A DNA stretch of 45,709 nucleotides from an uncultured Candidatus Saccharibacteria bacterium. GTDB taxonomy: Bacteria; Patescibacteriota; Minisyncoccia; 2-02-FULL-40-12; GWA2-44-9. The stretch spans positions 1 to 45,709 of the forward strand of contig CAZPLD010000001.1 of the NCBI GenBank assembly GCA_964587505.1. The letters are read 5' to 3'. The notes under the pieces are model-generated. The model was not told the DNA's origin. It ran no database searches and saw nothing but the letters and a program-made list of their open reading frames with translations. Position numbers and translations under genes: made by a program. This document shows positions 34,674 through 42,017 of the stretch, piece after piece (the first letter of the stretch is position 1; each line of letters starts with the position of its first letter).

Positions 34674-35042
34674 TTAAATAGCCAGTCCTTTTTCTTCTAA
34701 GAACTCCGAGACCGCGCGACTGAACTGGGTTTCAAGTGCTATAACCTTTTTTCTGATTCCAGGCGATTCGTCAACGTTGGCCCCAAACGAGAAATAAATG
34801 GCGGATTCGTGTAAATGAGTCCTATAATCACGCTGTATCCACAACTTGGAGTGTCCGCTTAAGCGGGAGCCGAACCGCCACTCAACTGACGATCGGTTCA
34901 TCAGCATTTCTTTGGCATATTGGAGAGTGCCGGAATCAAAATACTTTAATCCGTGTCCGCCAACAATTTCGTCATATATCTCTATTACCCTGCGCAGGAC
35001 TTCTTCGGTCAGACTTTCCAGACGGATACTTATAGTCCTCAT
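34674..35042 (-). CDS. Hypothetical protein (122 aa)
   Basis: ORF track. ggaaaggag SD before the ATG. Confidence 0.6.
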   Translation of the reverse strand: MRTISIRLESLTEEVLRRVIEIYDEIVGGHGLKYFDSGTLQYAKEMLMNRSSVEWRFGSRLSGHSKLWIQRDYRTHLHESAIYFSFGANVDESPGIRKKVIALETQFSRAVSEFLEEKGLAI

Positions 35043-35073
35043 TTACAGCTCCTTTCCCAAGAACATGGCCCTA

Positions 35074-35125
35074 ATCATACTATAATACTAATAACATTGC
35101 AAGATCAAAAAACCGGCCTTTTGAG
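35074..35125 (-). promoter_or_regulatory. Promoter plus conserved upstream element, copy C
   Basis: Minus strand: CTCAAAAGGCCGGTTTTTTGA (35125..35105), TTGCAA (35102..35097), 17 nt, TATGAT (35079..35074). Confidence 0.55.
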
Positions 35126-35203
35126 CCGATTTTGTCTATTCCCAAAAGCTAAAGTCATGGCACTTTTTACATACCCGCACAGTTTGTAAACTTATAGCGA
35201 AAA

Positions 35204-35407
35204 CCCCTTCCCCGTTTTAGACCGTTTGCCTCCGAGGGTAACACAATGATTAAATTAATCGAAAATTTGCTTATACAACAAATTTTAGCCGGAAAATCCT
35301 GTAAGGAGGAACGGATGCTAAAATTTGTTAAGCAAATTAAGAGTTAATTTAAGCATTTGTCCGAAGGAGACCGAAGGCGCAGGCAACAGGTCGAAAATGG
35401 GGAGGGG
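35204..35407. other. 204-nt rod-like structured element 8 nt downstream of the pnp stop (candidate ncRNA, 3' UTR structure or MITE)
   Basis: About 30-bp closing helix ccccttccccgttttagacc... / ...ggtcgaaaatggggagggg. Internal helices ttaaattaa/ttaatttaa and aatttgctt..aacaaattttagc / gctaaaatttgtt..aagcaaatt. Confidence 0.4.
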
Positions 35408-35415
35408 TGGAGTGC

Positions 35416-37530
35416 CTATCTTTTGCCTTTCATCGTCAAACTTATCTTCCCCATATCGTCAACCGCTTTGACCCAAACGTGGACTTTTTGACCCATTTTT
35501 AAGACATCGGTTACCTTGTTCACTCTTTGCTGGCTTATCTCCGAAATGTGTACCATGCCGTCTTTGCTGGGCATTATTTCAACAAAAGCTCCGAAGTCTC
35601 TGATGCTTACTACAGTGCCGTCAAATTCATCTCCGGATTTTACTTCATAAGTAACTTCTGCAATAAGAGCCAGGGCTTTTTTCATTCCTTCCGGAGTCAT
35701 TGAGGTGACAAATACCGAGCCGTCGTCCTCAATATCTATTTCGGCTCCCGTTTTTTCTATGATTTCATTGATTATCTTACCTCCCGGACCGATAAGGGCG
35801 CCGATTTTAGCCGGGTTAATCTTAACCGTCTCCACCCGGGGAGCATGCGGAGATAATTCCGGCCGGTGAGTGCCGATTGCTTTTTCCATTGCCGCTAATA
35901 TTTCCAAGCGGGCTTTTTTGGCCTGCGCCAATGTTTTCTCAACTATCTCAACGGTAATACCCTCAACTTTTACATCCATCTGCATTCCAGTAACGCCGTC
36001 TTTGGTTCCGGCAACTTTCAAATCCATATCGCCATGATGGTCTTCGGGGCCTTGAATATCAGTAAGAATTTTATATTTATCTCCCTTCTCATCAAGCATC
36101 AAACCCATGGCAATACCGGCAGCAGGAGACTTAATAGGAACGCCTCCGTCCATCAACGCCAATGAGGAACCGCATACGGAAGCCATGGAAGAAGAACCAT
36201 TGGATGAGAGGATTTCTGAAACAACTCTTATTGTGTAGGGGAATTTATCCTTAGGCGGAATTATCGGCTCAAGAGATCTTTCCGCCAAAGCGCCATGGCC
36301 AATTTCACGACGCCCGCCACCGCCCATACGGCCAACCTCGCCGACACTGAAAGGCGGGAAAACATAGTGGTGCATGAAGCGTTTTTTGGTAAGATCTATT
36401 TCCATCGTCTCTACCCATTGTTCAAGACCCGGAGCGGCCAAAGTCAAAACAGAAAGAGCTTGAGTGGTTCCGCGATTGAAGAGCCCTGTTCCATGCGAGT
36501 GGGGGAGAATGCCAACTTCCGCGTTCAACGGCCTTAGTTCATCAATCTTTCTGCCGTCCGGCCTCTTTTCTCCGGTAATAATATTCCTGTGAACAATGCG
36601 GTCTATTTCTTCTTCGTATATAGACCCGGCTTCGTCAATTTTTTTTCCCAATTCCGGATGTTCTTTGTATTGTTCTTTAATGTAATCTATTAATTCCTCT
36701 TTAACCTGTCCGAGGCCTTCGTAAAATTCCGATTTATTTTTCCCCGGAGCATAGAGAGTCTTTTCCAGTTTGGGATCGGCAAAGTTCCTGACTGCCAAAA
36801 CAAGCGCTTCATCGTGAGTGAATACTGACAACTCTTTTTTCTTCGGAGCTAACTCTTTGGCAATCTTATTCTGCAATTTAATTAAGACCTGAAATTCTTT
36901 AAAACCGGCGGCTATAGCATCGGCCATATCCTTTTCGGGAACTATTTTAGCTCCAGCTTCAATCATATTTATTCTATTGGCAGTTCCAGCAACTATAATG
37001 TCAAAGTCGCTTTCAGCTCTTTCTTTGTAGGTAGGGTTAAAGACCAATTTACCTCCAATTCTTCCAACTCTGACTCCGGCAATGGGGCCATCAAAAGGGA
37101 TATCCGAGGTCGTGAGGGCCAGTGATGCCCCAAAAAGAGCCGGCATATCAGGGTCGTTAATGCCGTCAAAAGAAAGGACGGTTGCGACGACTTGAATTTC
37201 ATTTCTGATGTTGTGATTAAAACGGGGACGGATTGCGCGGTCAATTACCCGGCCGGTTAAAATAGCTTCGTCCGTGGGGCGAGTTTCGCGCTTTATCCAT
37301 TTGGAGCCCTTTATCTTGCCAGCGGCATAATATTTTTCTTCGTAATCCACCGAGAGCGGCATGTAGTCCACCTGCTTTTGGTGAGCCGACATAGTGGCGT
37401 TAATAAGCACCGTTGTCTCGCCGTACTGAACACGGCAAGAGCCATTGGCTTGCCCGCCGAGACGCCCAAATTCCACCATTAATGGCTTACCGGCAAACTC
37501 TTCCTTATATGTTTTAATTCCCATGACCAA
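35416..37530 (-). CDS. pnp: Polyribonucleotide nucleotidyltransferase (PNPase)
   Basis: Two RNase PH domains, KH (IGPGGKIINEI) and S1 (GAFVEI...DGMVHISE) domains. Confidence 0.95.
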   Translation of the reverse strand: MVMGIKTYKEEFAGKPLMVEFGRLGGQANGSCRVQYGETTVLINATMSAHQKQVDYMPLSVDYEEKYYAAGKIKGSKWIKRETRPTDEAILTGRVIDRAIRPRFNHNIRNEIQVVATVLSFDGINDPDMPALFGASLALTTSDIPFDGPIAGVRVGRIGGKLVFNPTYKERAESDFDIIVAGTANRINMIEAGAKIVPEKDMADAIAAGFKEFQVLIKLQNKIAKELAPKKKELSVFTHDEALVLAVRNFADPKLEKTLYAPGKNKSEFYEGLGQVKEELIDYIKEQYKEHPELGKKIDEAGSIYEEEIDRIVHRNIITGEKRPDGRKIDELRPLNAEVGILPHSHGTGLFNRGTTQALSVLTLAAPGLEQWVETMEIDLTKKRFMHHYVFPPFSVGEVGRMGGGGRREIGHGALAERSLEPIIPPKDKFPYTIRVVSEILSSNGSSSMASVCGSSLALMDGGVPIKSPAAGIAMGLMLDEKGDKYKILTDIQGPEDHHGDMDLKVAGTKDGVTGMQMDVKVEGITVEIVEKTLAQAKKARLEILAAMEKAIGTHRPELSPHAPRVETVKINPAKIGALIGPGGKIINEIIEKTGAEIDIEDDGSVFVTSMTPEGMKKALALIAEVTYEVKSGDEFDGTVVSIRDFGAFVEIMPSKDGMVHISEISQQRVNKVTDVLKMGQKVHVWVKAVDDMGKISLTMKGKR

Positions 37531-37744
37531 ATACCAACAAAAGGGTGAGCCCGTCCTTCGCTAAAGCTTCGGAGGGTAAAAAACAATCCTGGCCAAATTC
37601 CTCGATTAGTCAAAGAATTTGGCCAATATTGCAAGCCCCATTAGTATTGTCGTTTAACGCTTTTGGTTGGTTGTTAATTAACTCGGTTTGAATATAGCAC
37701 AACTTCATTAAAAAATCCAGCTCTTCTCATCAATTTTCTGAATC

Positions 37745-37865
37745 GCTCACACAACCTCTATGCCTGACTACGGAGCTAATTTCAGAAATACAATGGGGGT
37801 CTTTGCATGCAAAGACCCCCATTGTATTGGCATGCTCCCTCCGCATGCGTAGAGGTTGTGTGAGC
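37745..37865. repeat. Nested perfect inverted repeats in the NYN-pnp spacer
   Basis: Outer 16-bp arms gctcacacaacctcta (37745..37760) / tagaggttgtgtgagc (37850..37865). Inner perfect 40-bp palindrome at 37788..37827. Confidence 0.7.
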
Positions 37866-37912
37866 TATTGAACGAAGAGTGAAGAAGTACTGAGTGGAGC
37901 ACCGCGAATGTG

Positions 37913-38425
37913 CTATTTGAGTAAAATCTTGTCTTTCAATTCCTCCAAGTCCGTGAAATTATTGGCAACATCTATCAACTTAGAACTGGTGCTCCTTTTG
38001 AACCCTGCCACTTCGACAATTGTCCCATTGAACTTAAGAAATTCCACCAACGGCTCATAGTCGCCATCCCCTGAAACAAGCACAATAACATCGACTAATT
38101 TAGAGAGGGTGATAGCGTCAATTGCAATCGCCACATCCCAGTCGCCCTTTTTCATCCCTCCGGGGAATATTTGTAAATCTTTGGACTTCAACTCATACCC
38201 GGCCTTTTCCAGCGCGTCAAAAAACGCTTTTTCTTCCTTTGTGTCTGACTTAATTACATAGGCAATGGCCCTAACTAATTGTCTGTTCGCGGTGGCTAAT
38301 TTCAAAAGTTCCCGGAAATTTACCCGTGATTTATAAAGGTTTTTGGCCGAATGATACATGTTTGAAACATCAACAAACACGCCTATCCGGTGGTTCTTTC
38401 TTTGAGGTACGGTTATCTTGTGCAT
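37913..38425 (-). CDS. NYN-domain (LabA/DUF88-like) putative ribonuclease
   Basis: IGVFVDVSNMYHS...DVAIAIDA...LVSGDGDYEPLV pattern. Confidence 0.8.
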   Translation of the reverse strand: MHKITVPQRKNHRIGVFVDVSNMYHSAKNLYKSRVNFRELLKLATANRQLVRAIAYVIKSDTKEEKAFFDALEKAGYELKSKDLQIFPGGMKKGDWDVAIAIDAITLSKLVDVIVLVSGDGDYEPLVEFLKFNGTIVEVAGFKRSTSSKLIDVANNFTDLEELKDKILLK

Positions 38426-38433
38426 ACTTTTAG

Positions 38434-38462
38434 TTACTATACTGGTCAGACCAGTATAGTAA
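38434..38462 (-). terminator. Perfect 14-bp-stem hairpin between rpsO and the NYN gene
   Basis: ttactatactggtc-a-gaccagtatagtaa. No clear T-run, so it may be an attenuator or processing site rather than a full terminator. Confidence 0.45.
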
Positions 38463-38466
38463 TGAC

Positions 38467-38733
38467 TTATTTATTGAGTCCTAATTTCTTTATTACCGAA
38501 GCGTGTCTTTTGGGGGCTTCTCTTTTCAGATAGTCCAAAAGGCGCTTTCTTTTTGATACCATTTTCAAAAGCCCGAGACGAGAACTGTTGTCTTTGCCGT
38601 GCTTCTTTAGATGCTTGGCCAGCTGTTCAATTTCCTCGGTAAACAAAGCGATCTGCGCTTCGGCAGACCCGGTATCTTTGTCGTGGATTTGAACCTTTTC
38701 GATGACTTTTAATTTTTCTTTAGGAGTTAGCAT
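38467..38733 (-). CDS. rpsO: 30S ribosomal protein S15
   Basis: 88 aa. HDKDTGSAEAQIALFTEEI...HLKKHGKDNSSRLGLLKMV. Confidence 0.92.
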   Translation of the reverse strand: MLTPKEKLKVIEKVQIHDKDTGSAEAQIALFTEEIEQLAKHLKKHGKDNSSRLGLLKMVSKRKRLLDYLKREAPKRHASVIKKLGLNK

Positions 38734-38831
38734 ATCGTTTTAACGCTAAGATATAATAGCATGTTTTAAATTTATTTGCAATAATCAAAATAAAACCGCC
38801 AAAATTGGATAAATGGCGGGTGTTTATTTTA

Positions 38832-39089
38832 TTATTTTTGGTCCAAAAGCTTGGTCAAACTTTCGTTTAAATCAGAACTCGGCCAGTCGTCAATACTGCC
38901 GATTTGTTTCTTAATCTTTTCGGCGGTTTCAATTATTTCCATCGCCTCTTCGTGTTTTTGACATTTAGCAACAATCTGGCCATTGGATGCTGTGACTTCG
39001 TAAGTCCAGTCCCTTTCAACCCGCCATGGCAGAGGATTGTTCAACATTTGGTGGAAAAGCAAGTATCTAATCATTTTTTCTTGCGTCAT
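38832..39089 (-). CDS. Hypothetical protein (85 aa)
   Basis: ORF track. Terminator-like hairpin plus T-run downstream. Confidence 0.5.
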   Translation of the reverse strand: MTQEKMIRYLLFHQMLNNPLPWRVERDWTYEVTASNGQIVAKCQKHEEAMEIIETAEKIKKQIGSIDDWPSSDLNESLTKLLDQK

Positions 39090-39152
39090 GGTTAGTCCTT
39101 TTTAAAAAATCTTAAACAAAACTAGCACCCAAGTCCCTGATTGTAAAGGTAC

Positions 39153-39180
39153 TTACATTTTGCGACGTAGGAGTTATAAT
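39153..39180 (+). promoter_or_regulatory. Putative leaderless promoter of the recombinase gene
   Basis: TTACAT, 16 nt, TATAAT (39175..39180), then 7 nt to the ATG at 39188. Confidence 0.45.
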
Positions 39181-39187
39181 TAGGTCA

Positions 39188-40123
39188 ATGAATATAAAAG
39201 ACCTTAAAATCCAATACCTTGAACATCTGGAGATAGAGAAGAATCGTTCACCTAAGACCCTGGAGAATTATGGGCGGTATTTGGATAGATTTTTTCAGTT
39301 TGCCCTTCGACAAAGCTCAGGGCAAGCCAAAGTATTAAACCCCAGCAATATTACCGAGGACTTAATCAGGCAGTACCGGCTTTATTTAAATCGACTCAAA
39401 GACAATGAGGGAAGCTCGCTCAAAAAAGTAACCCAAAACTACCACATCATTGCTTTAAGAAACTTTCTTAAATATCTGGCAAAAAGAGATATCAAATCCG
39501 TCTCCGCTGAAAAGGTAGAACTCGGTAAACAGGAGGACAGAGAAGTTACATTCCTTGAAGCGGACGAATTGGAACGACTCCTTAAGTCACCGGAAGGGGA
39601 CAACCTGGATGCCTTACGCGACAGGGCGGTTCTGGGAACTTTGTTCAGCACCGGTATGCGTGTATCGGAACTTTGTTCTTTGGATAGAGACAAAATCGAC
39701 ACAACCCGGGGCGAGCTAAGCATTCGCGGAAAGGGAAGTAAAATCAGGGTGGTATTTTTGTCCGATGATGCCAAAGAAGACATAAATAAATACCTAAGCA
39801 AGAGGTCAGACGTAGATGAAGCATTGTTTATACGTATCCCAAAATCCAAGACATTTTCAAAAGATTCCGGCTTGCGCCTTACCCCCCGAAGCATCCAAAG
39901 AATAGTAGAAAAATACGCCACCAAAGCCGGCATAGTCGGAAAGAACGTCTCACCTCACACACTAAGACATTCCTACGCTACAGATCTCCTCCGCAACGGA
40001 GCTGATATCCGCTCCGTCCAATCAATGCTCGGCCATTCATCAGTAACTACCACCCAAATCTATACTCACGTCACCGATAAGCAATTAAGGGAAGTCCATA
40101 GGAAATTCCATAACAAGAAATAA
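39188..40123 (+). CDS. Xer-type tyrosine site-specific recombinase
   Basis: SAM-like N-domain. Catalytic region with R (GMRVSEL), HTLRHSYAT, and LGHSSVTTTQIYTHV. Confidence 0.9.
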   Translation: MNIKDLKIQYLEHLEIEKNRSPKTLENYGRYLDRFFQFALRQSSGQAKVLNPSNITEDLIRQYRLYLNRLKDNEGSSLKKVTQNYHIIALRNFLKYLAKRDIKSVSAEKVELGKQEDREVTFLEADELERLLKSPEGDNLDALRDRAVLGTLFSTGMRVSELCSLDRDKIDTTRGELSIRGKGSKIRVVFLSDDAKEDINKYLSKRSDVDEALFIRIPKSKTFSKDSGLRLTPRSIQRIVEKYATKAGIVGKNVSPHTLRHSYATDLLRNGADIRSVQSMLGHSSVTTTQIYTHVTDKQLREVHRKFHNKK

Positions 40124-40124
40124 T

Positions 40125-40151
40125 AAAAAAACCGATAGTTATCGGTTTTTG
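40125..40151. terminator. Bidirectional terminator between convergent genes
   Basis: aaaaaccgata-gt-tatcggttttt. Confidence 0.7.
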
Positions 40152-40543
40152 TTCTTTAAAAATACTATCTCCGGAGTTCTGTACAAGTAGCTTCTTGTCT
40201 TGCCGCACCAACACAGATAAGTAACTTCGTATAGATAAATATGGCCGTTAATTCTTTCGGGTTTTCCGCCTAACCATTTTGTTTCGTACTCATAGTCTGG
40301 CCGCATGGGCCCTAAAATCTTAGTGATTTTCCCGATAGGCTGAAAATATTTGTCTCCGGACCAGTGGTCACACACATGACGCTCAATCCCTTTAACGAGG
40401 TCTCCTTTATTAAAGACCTTCTTTTCTTTTATTCTGACCTCGCATCTTAAGGCCTGATTTTGAGTGTGATATCTATGGCCACAAACTTCACATTGAAAAG
40501 AACGCGCAGTATGAGCAGGAACCTGCCTTACAACTTTTTTCAT
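40139..40543 (-). CDS. Hypothetical Cys-rich (zinc-ribbon-like) protein (134 aa)
   Basis: CEVCGHRYHTQNQALRC and LCWCG motifs. 4-nt overlap with the upstream M23 gene. Confidence 0.55.
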   Translation of the reverse strand: MKKVVRQVPAHTARSFQCEVCGHRYHTQNQALRCEVRIKEKKVFNKGDLVKGIERHVCDHWSGDKYFQPIGKITKILGPMRPDYEYETKWLGGKPERINGHIYLYEVTYLCWCGKTRSYLYRTPEIVFLKNKNR

Positions 40544-41373
40544 GGCTTTTCTCCAAAAATAGAAAGTTGGTTTATTATATCAATAAACAGCAACGGGTCA
40601 ACGTTGGTTCCGTTTATCTTAACTCCCAGATGAAGATGCGGTCCGCGAACAGAACCGGTTGCTCCGGCCAAGCCTACCACCTCGCCTTCAGTTACCATCT
40701 GGCCGTCACGAACTTGGATTCGGGACAGATGCATATAGTAGGAAAATATTCCCGACCCATGGTCTATAATTACCATATTTCCTTCGAGAGAAAACCTAAC
40801 GGCCGTCATTATTACCCGGCCCGAATTAATTGCCGAGACTTTCGTTCCAACGGAAGCACGAAGGTCAACTCCACTGTGATGTACGGCAAAATCGGAGGTA
40901 ATGAATATTTCCGAAAGGGGAATGTGAAACGGTCCCTCGGCATAAAATTCTTCATGGTCGGCCTTTTGATATGCCGCGGCAATTGCCGACACTTCTTTTG
41001 CTCTTCTTTTTGAGGGTTTGGCTATACCCCGACGCCGTGTTTTAACCTTGGCCGGTACAACTTTTATCTCTTGGAGACTATTCTCCATTCTTTCTTTTGA
41101 AAAAAGGTTTACGAGATATGCAGAGTAGATATCAGGCTTGGTATTAAGCGAAACTCCCACAAAAATAATTCCGTTCTTGTTGGGCTGGTATATAGTATCG
41201 AAAATTAAAATACCCGTTTCGCCAGTCGTCCTAAAATCATAAATTTTTATCACAACAAGGCCTCCGGGCTTTACCTGCGGAGTTAAAACCTCAAAGCTTT
41301 GCGCATGGGCACTGGCCAATGGGAAGAATAGAAAACACAACAACACTACCGCCAGCTGGACAAACTTTGTCAT
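40540..41373 (-). CDS. M23 family metallopeptidase, secreted
   Basis: Start moved to the ATG at 41373 (signal peptide MTKFVQLAVVLLCFLFFPLASAHA). HSGVDLRA and GPHLHLGV motifs. Confidence 0.85.
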   Translation of the reverse strand: MTKFVQLAVVLLCFLFFPLASAHAQSFEVLTPQVKPGGLVVIKIYDFRTTGETGILIFDTIYQPNKNGIIFVGVSLNTKPDIYSAYLVNLFSKERMENSLQEIKVVPAKVKTRRRGIAKPSKRRAKEVSAIAAAYQKADHEEFYAEGPFHIPLSEIFITSDFAVHHSGVDLRASVGTKVSAINSGRVIMTAVRFSLEGNMVIIDHGSGIFSYYMHLSRIQVRDGQMVTEGEVVGLAGATGSVRGPHLHLGVKINGTNVDPLLFIDIINQLSIFGEKP

Positions 41374-41496
41374 TGTTAAGGTCCTTTTAAATTCTTTGCC
41401 CCAAAATACCACAATTTTTAACTTTTGTTTAACTGGACAACGGTCAACTTTTTTGTTTAAAATTTATTTAGTCCTTTCATTATTTTGGAGAATCCG

Positions 41497-41928
41497 ATGG
41501 CTTATTCAGACAAAGTAATTGACCATTATGAAAACCCGAGGAATGTCGGCTCTTTGCCTAAAGACGACCCCGATGTAGGAACCGGCCTTGTCGGCGCGCC
41601 TGAATGCGGAGACGTGATGAAGCTTCAGATAAAAGTAAATCCAGATACGGGCGTAATTGATGATGCTAAATTCAAAACATTCGGCTGCGGTTCGGCAATC
41701 GCCTCATCTTCCCTTGCCACCGAGTGGCTAAAGGGCAAGACAGTTGAAGAAGCATTGGCAATCAAGAACACGGATATCGTTAGCGAATTGAGCTTGCCTC
41801 CAGTAAAGATCCATTGCTCGGTCCTTGCTGAGGATGCCATCAAGGCAGCCATCAGAGATTATCAGAATAAACAAGACCTAAAAGAAGAAAAGCCCGAAAT
41901 AGATTCCCAGGAAACCAAAAACCCCTAA
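41497..41928 (+). CDS. iscU: Fe-S cluster scaffold IscU/NifU-like
   Basis: MAYSDKVIDHYENPRNVG, GAPECGDVM, FGCGSAIASS, IHCSVLAEDAIKAA. ATG at 41497 with a ggag SD. Confidence 0.88.
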   Translation: MAYSDKVIDHYENPRNVGSLPKDDPDVGTGLVGAPECGDVMKLQIKVNPDTGVIDDAKFKTFGCGSAIASSSLATEWLKGKTVEEALAIKNTDIVSELSLPPVKIHCSVLAEDAIKAAIRDYQNKQDLKEEKPEIDSQETKNP

Positions 41929-41941
41929 TTGGGGTTTTTGT
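41915..41941 (+). terminator. iscU terminator overlapping the stop codon
   Basis: ccaaaaacccc-taatt-ggggtttttg. Confidence 0.65.
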
Positions 41942-42017
41942 TATGGTGCGTTTGTTTGACGAAATCAAAACTTTTTTGAACGGAACTGACGGCGTGCCAC
42001 TTAAATCAGTTCTTATC

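Noticed and set aside
35204-35407. An attempt to assign the 204-nt rod to SRP (4.5S), 6S, tmRNA or RNase P RNA.
   Set aside because: It lacks the GGAAGCAGC-type SRP domain IV motif, the tmRNA tRNA-like ends and the GAGGAAAGUCC RNase P motif, as I remember them. A 6S-like call would need a central bubble that I cannot demonstrate. It is left unclassified.
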